A model generated the notes under the pieces. The model was not told where the DNA came from and ran no database searches. It saw only the letters and a program-made list of their open reading frames with translations. DNA of 64,000 nt from Epithemia pelagica (Eukaryota; Protista; Bacillariophyta): positions 2,604,001-2,668,000 of the forward strand of contig OX337239.1 of assembly GCA_946965045.2 (NCBI GenBank), read 5' to 3'. This document shows positions 25,001 through 35,154 of this stretch, piece by piece. Each line of letters begins with the position of its first letter. Position 1 is the stretch's first letter. The translations under genes were made by a program, and so were the position numbers.

Positions 25001-27139
25001 AACAAAGTCCTCCAACGTCTTCAAGACAAGAACTTTTCTATCACTCCTCACAAATGTGAATGGGCCATGCAGGAAACCGACTTCCTTGGCCATTGGCTCA
25101 CGCCTACAGGTCTACGACCATGGAAGAAAAAGATTTCCGCGATTCTGGCTTTATCGCCTCCTCGCACCATGAAAGAACTACGTTCCTTCATTGGCATGGT
25201 TAATTTCTATCGTCACATGTATCCTCAGCGATCCCATCACTTAGCTCCGCTAACAGCCTTGACCGGCAAGAAGACCTTTGAATGGTCCCCGCAATGTCAG
25301 AAAGCCTTTGAAAACGTAAAAGCCATGCTTGCGCATGATGCGTTCATCCGCTATCCCGATCACAACATTCCTTTCCACGTCTATGTGGACACGTCTGACT
25401 ATCAGCTCGGCGCTGTTATCATGCAGGAAAACATCCCTGTCGCGTATTTCTCACGCAAGCTCAACCCCGCTCAGCGGAATTACACCACTATGGAAAAGGA
25501 GTTACTTTCCATTGTCGAAACCCTCAAGGAGTTCCGCTCCATGTTGCTTGGCTGTGCCGCCTTGCACATTCAAACCGATCACAAAAATCTCACCTATTCC
25601 ACTCTCAACTCCCAACGAGTCCTTCGTTGGCGTCTCTTTCTCGAAGAATACAATCCCATCTTTCATTACATTCCTGGCCAGGATAACGTCATCGCCGACG
25701 CGTTGTCACGTCTCCCTCTTTCAGAAGAGGAGGAGAAGAGTGTCCCTTCCAAGGTCCCTTCCGATGGTCCCTCGTCTGGACCACGATCCCTTTTCGATCA
25801 TAGCGGCAAACACTCCGTGTTTCAGGTTCCTCGTGCGCCTAATGATGACCCCCGCTTAGCGTCTCGTGACGCGGATTCTCATGAATCCCCTATTTTCATG
25901 GACGAAGAGTTGATCGATGTGTATCTTAATCATCCCGCCATTACGGCCAACCAACCCCTACCGGTTGATTATGCTACGATATTTCAGCATCAACAAAACG
26001 ATGCCGCCTTAATGGCGTTGGTCCAATCCAAACCTGACTATTATCATTTGCAACCCTTTCCTACGGAAAACCCACAATACAACCTTGTCTGTTATCGACA
26101 ATCGGTTAATGCCCTCTGGCGCATTCGCATTCCTGACTCGCTTCTCTTGCATACAGTCAACTGGTATCATCTCGTGCTTAACCACGCTGGTTCCACGCGA
26201 CTCCGCGATACTATCGCCATGCACATGACACATCCCCAATTGGGACTCTACTGCGATCAAGCTGTTTCCAGCTGTCCGACCTGTCAACGGTTGAAGGTCG
26301 TTCATCGACATTACGGAGAATTGCCTCCTCGTGAGGTCCGTGGTAATCCCTGGTCCGACATTGCCATCGATCTCGTCGGCCCCTGGACAGTCAAAGTCCA
26401 TGGCATAGCCCTGACCTTTCAGGCTCTGACGGTCATTGACACTGTCACCAATTTTTGCGAGATTATCCGCATATACGATAAAACCGCTCGACACGTTGGT
26501 CTCCAACTCGAGAATTCATGGCTTTCACGCTATCCTCGCCCTGTTCGTTGCCTTTTCGATCAAGGCGGCGAGTTCATCGGCCATGCGTTTACGCAAGTGC
26601 TTCGTAATCATGGCGTCAAGCCAGTGCCCCTAACGGTCAAATATCCACAATCCAATGCCCTATGTGAACGTCTTCATCTGACGATTGGCAATTCGTTACG
26701 CGCTATCGTTAACTACGAGCCGCCGCAAAACATTGATCAGGCCGCTCTCATGGTCAACACTGCTCTGCAAACCGCTGCATACTCTGCACGCACTGCCATT
26801 CACGGTAGCCTCAAACATTCTCCTGGCAGTCTTGCGTTCCACCGCGACATGCTGTTCGATATTCCCATCCTTGCGGACATGGAATTGATTCGTCAAAAAC
26901 GACAAATCATCGTTGACGAACGAGCTCGACTCGCAAATCGCTCTCGCGTCTTTCATGACTACAAAATTGGAGATCGCGTGCTCATCCGCGCTACCAATCC
27001 GGACAAATTGGCACTTCGTACCAGTCCCAATCCTTTCACTATCACACGTGTCCATTCCAATGGCACTGTGACCATTCAACGTGGTCCCCACGTTACCGAG
27101 CGCATCAATATCAGGCGTCTCATCCCTTACCGTGTGTGA
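22074..27139 (+). CDS. Gypsy gag-pol with one apparent 1-bp deletion in gag near 22646
   Basis: Gag QAFYQG|xPTTW; PR ALLDSGA; RT YIDDI; RH VDTSD, EKELL, TDHKNL, ADALSR; IN H..H..C..C, DLVGP, DQGGEF, ALCERLH. No chromodomain visible. Confidence 0.92.
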
Positions 27140-27226
27140 CATGGGTTTTACTGCCGTTGGCCTCTGGCCATCAAGCTTTCCCATGGCCCGCTCGAACTTC
27201 CTAGGTCCGACCAGGGAGAGGTAGAG

Positions 27227-27430
27227 TGCGGTACCCAGACTCTGTCCCGCCACGACTCCACGTAAACATGACTCGATAGGTCCCTAGTTGAATCTTTGAC
27301 ACCGACGTTCGCAGAATTCAGTCCGTCCTTGTCCCGTGTGCAGATGGCTTCTCTGGCCATCGCTCACTTTCCTAGCCTAATTCCTAAAGATCATAATTTT
27401 TACGTCCTACCATTATGCATGGGTATGGCA
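27227..27430 (+). repeat. Gypsy 3' LTR
   Basis: Preceded by the PPT and followed by TSD GTAC (27431-27434). Confidence 0.95.
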
Positions 27431-27500
27431 GTACCAATACTCGTACTCGTACTCGTACCCAGTGTCCGAATGCTCCATGGACATTGAATTGCTCCTTTTA

Positions 27501-27551
27501 CAAGCTGGTTTCACGAGGGACCTGCCTAGTCTATTACAGTACAAATACTGT
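27501..27551 (+). repeat. Left TIR (flanked by TA at 27499-27500)
   Basis: Ungapped alignment to the reverse complement of 36399-36449 gives 41/51 matches: perfect blocks of 12, 12 and 8 bp and a diverged 12-bp middle. Confidence 0.85.
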
Positions 27552-27713
27552 ACTGACAATTTTGTACATAAAACCATCATAGTAATCATTTATGCCCCGC
27601 TGCTTCTCGACCATGAGGACGGCAAATTTGGATGCTCATAGGAAAACGATGCCGTTCATGGCTGTGAACGTAAGAGCTAATGTTACTAATCGTTCTAATA
27701 GGTCTTATGTGAA

Positions 27714-28214
27714 CTACATTGCAAAGAAGAGATCTTGATTTGCGAATTTGGCCGTCATGGAGCCAAGTGTAGCATTGAGGTCATTCATGTCCTCAAGTTG
27801 CATGTAGACCGTCAGCACCATTGGGTCCATGCAGACCTGCGTATCAATGCTGCACCGCGTATAGAACCGAATGCGACCCTTGACTTTCTTCTCATGCGTA
27901 GGTGACGCCACTGCTTGCATCTCAGACTTCATGATGAAGCCAATCGGAAGCACAAGCAGCGGGTCAACATGCTCCGAATGGGCTTCTCGTTTGAAAAAGG
28001 CAAGCCGGAGATAATCTGTCTCTACTTCACGCTGTAAGAGGATGTGTCCTCGATCCACAACATTCCGTCCGTGACGTCCAAGGTTGTCGGTCATCGGGGC
28101 CATGAGCACGTTGACGTTCTTGGCGTAGAAACTCGTCCGAAATTTGACGCCAGCACCCCCACCATCAACAATGCCTTCTCTCTCCGCGTTGAAATAAAAG
28201 TCTAATCCATCCAT
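27714..28214 (-). CDS. Orphan cargo ORF-A (166 aa), function unknown
   Basis: Clean ATG-TAG ORF of normal complexity, divergent from ORF-B, inside the TIRs. Confidence 0.55.
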   Translation of the reverse strand: MDGLDFYFNAEREGIVDGGGAGVKFRTSFYAKNVNVLMAPMTDNLGRHGRNVVDRGHILLQREVETDYLRLAFFKREAHSEHVDPLLVLPIGFIMKSEMQAVASPTHEKKVKGRIRFYTRCSIDTQVCMDPMVLTVYMQLEDMNDLNATLGSMTAKFANQDLFFAM

Positions 28215-28522
28215 TGTTAGCCGTGGTTGCTGCTTCCTTATTCCTTAGGCGTCGTTTATTATGAAAGCGACGTTGGATTGTTGCGTGTTGAATTCGAATC
28301 GTTGGTTTTGTGTTTCGTTTGCGGATGGCTCCGAAATGTGGCGGCCCCCCGGGTTGGTCGGAGCACTTGCGCGCACCTCCACCATGGTGATCTAAGTAGA
28401 TTGCAGGATTTTGGTCCTTATTCCGAGCATGCACACACTTTTGCTATTGTGGGCTTGCGTGTATTCTGCTTGTGGGACTCGGCTCAGGATGGTGCATGGT
28501 GCCCACGCTCACAAAATCAGAG

Positions 28523-29382
28523 ATGAGCACCAACACCAACACCAAGCTCCGTCGTTCAAATCGGCTTGCCTCCTCAGAGGGCGGCATTGTCTCGGCCATG
28601 GCGAGTACCCCGCCGACGAGGAACAATAAGACTCCCAGCAAGAAACCCAGTGCCAAACGCAACAAGAAGAGCCAGGACGGCTCGCCCGGATCTGTGGTCG
28701 GCAAACGCAAGGAGAAGCTTGTCGTGCTTGCTCCAGTTAAGGGAGCCGACAAGCAGGAGCGCTACAAGGCTGCCCTGCAAGGAGCCACGCAGTGGCAGCT
28801 CACCCTTGCTGACGGCAATGGAGCGACAACGCTCACAATCTGCCGCACAAAAGGTGAAGGTGAAATCACCTTTGGTGGTATAATTGAAACGTTGCAGAAG
28901 ATTGGCACTGATGACGAACTAGAAGATTCAGATGTCAAGAAGACCAGTTTTGGTAAGTGGACACTGCAGCCGATTGTTGCCCTACAATATAAATTGACAA
29001 CTAACTACGCTCCTATTTTCAAGTTCCGAAGACTCCTTCGAAGGTGCAGTTCGTCGGGGTGATGGAAAAGGAGGAACAAGAAGAAGTGATGGCTGAACCG
29101 GTCGTGTCCTCAATGACACCAGGTCAGCAGTATGCGGCGAATCGCGTCATGTCCGAACACCAGGTTAGGTTTCACACAGGCGGAACGCCATTCAAGGCGA
29201 CGAAGAACCGTCCTGCCGAGAACCAGCTGTCGACACCCGAGCTTTTGTTCCGCCACCGCCAGAAGCTCTTCTGCGACCAAGCTACGGTGGATCCCCTCTC
29301 TGCGCAACAAGACTCTCAAGTGGACGACGGGTTTGAAGATACCCAGGATTGTCCGTTCTCTGAGGATTACTACAATTACTAG
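28523..29382 (+). CDS. Spliced cargo ORF-B (~262 aa; exons 28523-28952 and 29024-29382), basic N-terminus and acidic C-terminus
   Basis: A 71-bp intron (GTAAGT donor 28953, CTAAC branch ~29001, TTTCAAG acceptor 29023) joins ORF 28472..29062 to 29044..29382 in frame. N-terminal LRRSNRLAS. Confidence 0.65.
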
Positions 29383-29416
29383 ATAGTCAACTAAGAATCT
29401 TTATCTACGTAGAAAG

Positions 29417-30367
29417 TTATTCATTATCTGAATCTTCATCGTCACGGTCTTCATCATCATCATCATCTTTACCATGTAGATTGTAACATAAAAACAATTC
29501 TTTACCACAAGGGATATCGTGGATCGCAGTCACCTTGAGCTTCCCATCGATGTGGATGTTGTATTTTTTATCGTCCGCGTCAACCTCTTCGTCGGTGTTG
29601 TACTTGAGGAAGTGGGGGTCGTTGGAGAAGTGGAGACCCATCCACAGCTCCTGTTTTGTTGCTTCGATGTGAAAGGGCGTTTTAGATCGGGTGAGGATGG
29701 CGAATTGAGATGGCTCTTTTTGGAGCCCCTCAATCACACTCCCACAATAGTACCCCAAGCTTTCGCCCGCCTCGTAGTTGCGAGCGGCGAAAGCTCCGAG
29801 ACCAGCGTTCGGCAGCGTCGATTTCTTTATCGTAATGAGATCCTTGTCGAGGTACCGGGTGGTCACCTCAAAGTGCTGCTCATCATCGTTCATATCGACC
29901 ATGAAGGTGCCGAAGATTGTTACGTTGTCCTTCTTTTTAGCGTTGATGCGAGGAGCTCGGTTCTTGGTGGTGTTCTTCTGAACCTGTTTGATTGTTGTAG
30001 TCACGGGCTTGCCCTTCGTGCCGTGTTCCTTTCGCACGAGGGCACCACGCAAACTAACAACTCCCTTGATGTGCTCCGCAACGAAATGTTGCATCTTTGC
30101 ACGGTCGGTGAGACTTCCAGATCCCACCAACTGGTCCAGCTTTTTCATCAACCTCGTCGTGCCGACGGGTTTCGGCTTGGGCAGCGTCTTCTGCTTCTTC
30201 TCCGTCGCCCTGATGCGACGAAGAAGGTTGCGCTTGTCTTGCTTGTAGTTTCGATTGGGCTGTAGCTCAATCGACTTGGCAAGCCGACGGAGCTGTGCAT
30301 CGCTCTGATGCTTCTTCGACTTTGACGCCGTTGTTTTTGCAGTCGCACGTGCTGGCGGCTTTCCCAT
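29417..30367 (-). CDS. SET-domain protein (putative lysine methyltransferase), transposon cargo
   Basis: 316 aa; IKKSTLPNAGLGAFA (GxG motif), MGLHFSNDP (NH-like motif), ELFLCYN (ELxxDY-like motif); K/R-rich N-terminal half; D/E tail. Confidence 0.8.
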   Translation of the reverse strand: MGKPPARATAKTTASKSKKHQSDAQLRRLAKSIELQPNRNYKQDKRNLLRRIRATEKKQKTLPKPKPVGTTRLMKKLDQLVGSGSLTDRAKMQHFVAEHIKGVVSLRGALVRKEHGTKGKPVTTTIKQVQKNTTKNRAPRINAKKKDNVTIFGTFMVDMNDDEQHFEVTTRYLDKDLITIKKSTLPNAGLGAFAARNYEAGESLGYYCGSVIEGLQKEPSQFAILTRSKTPFHIEATKQELWMGLHFSNDPHFLKYNTDEEVDADDKKYNIHIDGKLKVTAIHDIPCGKELFLCYNLHGKDDDDDEDRDDEDSDNE

Positions 30368-30374
30368 GGTCAGC

Positions 30375-30458
30375 GAATCGCAAATCCAAGATCTTTTTCA
30401 GAACAAAAAGGGATGAAGAATCGCAAACCCAAAATCTTTTTCAGAACAAAAAGGGATG
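30375..30458. repeat. Tandem 41-bp direct repeat just upstream of the SET gene start
   Basis: 30375-30415 versus 30418-30458, 39/41 identical; each contains the CTTTTT/AAAAAG dyad. Confidence 0.9.
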
Positions 30459-30579
30459 GAAGCAGCGCACTCCCCATTATGCTGCCACATGTCCCACTCT
30501 TGTGAATTGTATCGGAAACAATGTGGCAGCGACTCAGGTTGTGGATGGAATTTCTCCTTCGACAAACACAGTGGTAGCT

Positions 30580-31400
30580 AGAATGACTATGTACTCTATT
30601 GTAGCAGTTAAAAAAGGGAAACAAAGTGCAATCACATCATCATCGTCTCGGCATTTGACACAAAGGTTGTGCAAACGCCTACAAGTATCTCTTTGGTCGT
30701 TCTCACTCGCTCGCGCGCTCTCTCTCTCTCTTGAGTCGTCGTCCGTGCAACAACAACAGCAGCAACAAACGGTTCAACACTTGGAACAAGCCTTGCATCA
30801 ATTCTTGGCCGAAGCCGTCACCTTGTATCGTTATTTGGTCAATCATTTGCAAGCCAAATTGCTCGGACAGTCGGCCACCTTTTCGCAGTCGCAAGTATCC
30901 TCCTTGGCTTCGTCGTCGCAAACCCTGTCACAATCGCAAGACGACGACGACGAGGAGCATCCACCCAGCAACGACCAACCAGAAGAATTGACGCCACTCT
31001 CTCCTTGGCCGTCGTCTCCCAAGTGAATACGACTACAAGTACCAACGCCAACACGACAAACAGCGCTACGACCAAGGGCCACCCCACGGCCAATCCTACG
31101 GCCACGCAACATTCGTCGGCCAGTGCCTTGCATTGGTATGCCCGAGCGCTCTTGGCTCCATCAACATACTGCCACAGTGACGGCAACAACAACAACGACA
31201 TGGAGTCAACGAAGCGCTCATTCTTCCAACAGCAACAATCACAAACAACAAGTCATGACGACTCGCTTATTCTTGGCCGAGTTTGTCGATTTGCATCGAT
31301 TGTTTTTTGTTTGCCAAGGAATCCACGACGCTCTACAAAACCATGGAACGTGTGCGATGCCCTCTTGTGCAAACTCATTTGCATCCAAGCCTTTTTCGGA
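30580..31400 (+). pseudogene. Frameshifted host-gene fragment, possibly EST1/SMG5-7-like
   Basis: Fragments FLAEAVTLYRYLVNHLQAKL, ALHWYARALLAP and RLFLAEFVDLHRLFF lie in different frames with host-type polyQ/T runs. Family call is from memory of motifs only; boundaries approximate. Confidence 0.35.
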
Positions 31401-31976
31401 ACATATCGTGAGTTCCACCAATGCAACGAGCAGCAGTCAAACCACCACAAACATCTGCAGCCACCAAAGAACACCCTTGGGAACTCGGGACGATTTGACA
31501 TTTCTTTGCCACTCGGTGACACGGCGATTGATTTTGAGGCCATTGATGGCAGCAATGGACGAGATTCAAACGACGAGACGACAATGACCACAAAACCAAC
31601 AACAACAACAAGAAGAAGACCTAAAAGACCACCCCGAACCGCCACAACAGGTTCACAGTCAACCACTCGAAGAGGAGGAGGAAGAAGAGAATGATGAAGC
31701 ACTGCCATTGGACGAACACACAAAACCACCAATAAGTACCCGCCGACCACAACTACAAACACCCATTCGTCTCGCACCTTGTCGTGATGCTCTTACGGGC
31801 GATCCACAATAGCGCTTCACATCCACGTGAGAAGAAGAATGTGTCCTCCTTGATGTGAATCCCGACCAGGATCATAACAGTAGTACGCATGTGAACTTAG
31901 TAACCTACCTAGTTGATTCAACACTAAATGAGCACTACTAGTATGTAATATGTATCTTTGAGACATGCAAATTGTT

Positions 31977-34639
31977 TCAGGGTTCAGCTTGTTGCGCCTC
32001 TTTCCAAGCCTGCTGGATGTAGGTATGCTCTTGATCAAGGGTGCAACGATGCGTCTTCATCGTCTGATTAACGTACTTCTCGATCTCCTCGTAGGAAAGA
32101 CCATTGCTTTCAAAATCTGCGTCAGCTCCATGTCGATCAAACAAGAAGTACACCAACATGTAGCGCCGTGCTTTTGCTGAAAACTTTCGCATTGTTTTCA
32201 ACGAAACTTTGGCAACACTCTTTCGTACACATTGCACAAACTTGTCCTTGTTCGATTTTTCAGCCTTGGTCATGCTCCGAAAGACTCGCTTTGCAAGTCC
32301 CCACCCATACTCAATGCCTTCACCCGCAAGTTCACAATGGTACTTTGTTGTTGTGTGGACATCAATCCTGCGATCAAACCGTGCCGAAAGATCTTTTGCA
32401 AGTTGTTCAAGCGCTGACAGCTCGTGCTTGAAGTCATCGCAACATCCCATCAGGTACAGAAGCGAATACTTTTGATACTCCTCCATGCAATCATCTTTGA
32501 GTTCCCCTGTCGCATCCATCCATGCCTTGCGCTTGTCTCTAACGTACTTGTCTAGGTTTGCTGGGTCAATAAACCCACGCTCCCAAAGAACTTGGAAGAG
32601 ACCCTTGGGTTGCCCAAGCCACCCTTGCGCCACTACATCTTGTTGGACTTGCGTTGGCAATTGCTTTGCTTGCGACATAACTTGGAGTTGCGCAGTGGAC
32701 TTGGACTGGTATGTATTCAGATGATCGCCACCAGTCCCTTGCTCAAGGTCGTGACGAAGCATTTGAGCAACTAGTTCTTTCTTGGAAAGCTTGCGAATTT
32801 TCTTCTCTCCTGTTGCACAATCAAACTTCATACTCTCTCGCTGCGCATCGGTGAGAGGAGTATTCTTGTATGCGTATGGTCCACTGTCCTCGTCTGTGTA
32901 GACCATACGTTGCTTCGCACCTGGCTCGAGACGATCAGCGTGTGCAAAGGGCCCAACATGCGGAACAACAGTCTCATGCATATGCGGAGCAACGCCACCC
33001 CATTCAAAATTCATGTTTTTCTCGTTCAGACCATCTTTCTGTTTCCTTGCATGTCCACTGCTATGATCAAACAAGAACGCGAAGTCAAAGTCGGGGAAGA
33101 TGTTCACCAAACAATCAACCAGGTCTTCAAATTGGACTGCCATGTGATCGTAGGTCCAGTAACCATCACCGTTGGAACCTACATCAAAGTACGTACAGAA
33201 TGGGCTTGCATCAGTGATTTGTCGAATTCGCTTGTCGTCACCACCGATCACTTTGATTGCCGACTCCGTAGACAAATACTTGTCACGCCCAAGCACACTG
33301 TCCCTCCGTAGACAATTGATCCTTTGTATCATATCGCGGCTGAGTAGATTGGTCTCCTTCTCCACACAGAAACTCCATGCCCGACTAACAAATGCACTTA
33401 GCATCAAACTATGACCCTCGTCTTTTGGCAGAAGGGTTCCAGATCCTTTGTGGTCATGCCAAGACTTCTTGGAGAATGACCATTGTTTGAAGACTGCCTC
33501 ATCTTGGCCGACAATTATGACAGGGCGACGGTTGGGAGGGAAACGATGTGACAGATTTGCTCCGAAAGGCTTGTTTTCCTCTTTCACATACTTTGCGAAG
33601 CCTTCTGGGAAACAGTCAATGTGGTATTCTCGCATTGGCTTGTTGGTCACTGGGTCCACAAACTCAAAGGCCCAAACATTTTTCATCAGTTTCTCGCTGG
33701 AAGAATCACATCCGTCACCATTCTCTAGTTTGACTGCTTCCTCGATGGGGATTTGAATCCATCGGTGTGCAAGCTTTTCAATCTTGAAGTAGTCTTCGAT
33801 GAACTGCTTTCTGTGTGCCACGTTGTCTGGGTCCTCGTGCCGATCGGTGTAGTACGACTTCTTTGTGTCTGAAAACTTGAGGCCTGCATATGCAAGAAAT
33901 CTTGCTGCTGTTGAAACTGCCACTGTTCTCAGCTTCAGTTGGCTCTTGAATTCCGTCAGAGTTGGCAGGTCCTCTGAATCCTCAGTTGCGTGGTCGGCTA
34001 GCTCCATGTTATAGATCTTAGGAACAAGCTCATCTCGAATGAAGGTGGCCGCCATTTCACAGGACATCCGTTCAAGGTTCTTGCTTGCCCAACATTGAAA
34101 GATGCGCTGTGCTTCTGGGAATGCTTCAAATAGTAAGGGGCATGGCATTCTTCCTCTCTGAACGTATGGATTGGGGTGAGGGAAGCGTTCATTGTTTCGG
34201 AACTGGATGTTCCAGACTTGGATTGTTCGCCAGTGAGTAGCAACTATTTTTGTCTCCGGTCCATGCATACGATGAAATTCACTCATTGCAGCTTGGCAAC
34301 AATTACTCCAGTAGTTGCCTTTCTCCATTGTTGCCAGAGCCATCTGATACGTGATCCGGAGTAGCGTTGCTCTTGCCATTATCTTTGGCACGAAGCTTTT
34401 CGCAGGTTCATATTCATCTGCCTTGTTCACCAAAGACAAGAGATTGCTGTAGTTGTATTCAGCATCCATAAGACGCTTGACCCACCGTTCAAGCTTCTGT
34501 CTTGTCATTTCATCATTTCTCCCTGGTGGACCAGCAAAAATTTTCTTGACATAGGTCTGGTCGAAGAAATCGGTGGTGGATCTTGGACTTCTTGCTGGTG
34601 CTACCACATTTTGGTGTGCCTGGACTGGCAGTGTTGTTG

Positions 34640-34671
<32 letters not shown>

Positions 34672-35138
34672 GGTGGTGGTGGTGGTGGTGATACAGCAAT
34701 CATGGCTGTTTCTTCGTCTCTTATCGGAGTTGCAGGATTCTTGCGTTTCTTCCTTTGTGTAATGCGGACTGTCAACGTTTTTGCGAAGGACAGCCACTCA
34801 TCAGGTGAATAATCAAATTTTGGAGGTGGCTCATTCCCGCACGACAAAACATAGTAGAAATGTTTTGTTTGGTTTCTTTGCTCTTTCTCATTTAGGTTTC
34901 GATGCAGCGTGTATCGATAGACGCCTCTACTATTCCGATTCATTGATGAGAAATGGAGGGTCCATTCAGGACTGCGCGTCAGAGCTCGGTTCATCTGTTG
35001 GGCGTTTGACAAATCGGGAACCCATTGTTTCAAGAAGGGAACAAGCTGTTCATCAACAATCCACCGATTTGTCCATGGGAAGATCTCTGGACAGCATTGA
35101 TCTTCAAATGCCTCACGAATTTTGCGCGAGAGACTCAT
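31977..35138 (-). CDS. Large DDE transposase, Tc1/mariner-IS630 superfamily (~1053 aa, D-144-D-251-E)
   Basis: Motifs IIVGQDE, LMLSAF, GYW, FLFDHSSGH, KYHCELAGEGIEYGWGLAKRVFR. Intact ORF; likely start MSLSRK at 35138 (ORF track starts at 35207). Confidence 0.85.
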
Positions 35139-35154
35139 AGTTGACGGAGTCTCG

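Larger units (their letters stand above)
21733..27430 (+). mobile_element. Ty3/gypsy LTR retrotransposon, near intact (5.7 kb)
   Basis: 204-bp TG...CA LTRs with one mismatch, 4-bp TSD GTAC, PPT AGGGAGAGGTAGAG (27213-27226), domain order PR-RT-RH-IN. Confidence 0.96.

Noticed and set aside
27473-27482. TCCATGGA present outside both TIRs (also at ~36460)
   Set aside because: The distances from the TA differ (17 versus 9 nt) and the intervening bases do not align, so it is treated as flanking sequence, not a TIR extension.
27714-30367. Endogenous virus, Polinton or virophage interpretation of the compact cassette
   Set aside because: No recognisable capsid, pPolB, packaging ATPase or protease; ORF-B has a spliceosomal intron; TA-flanked TIRs and a DDE transposase explain the region better.
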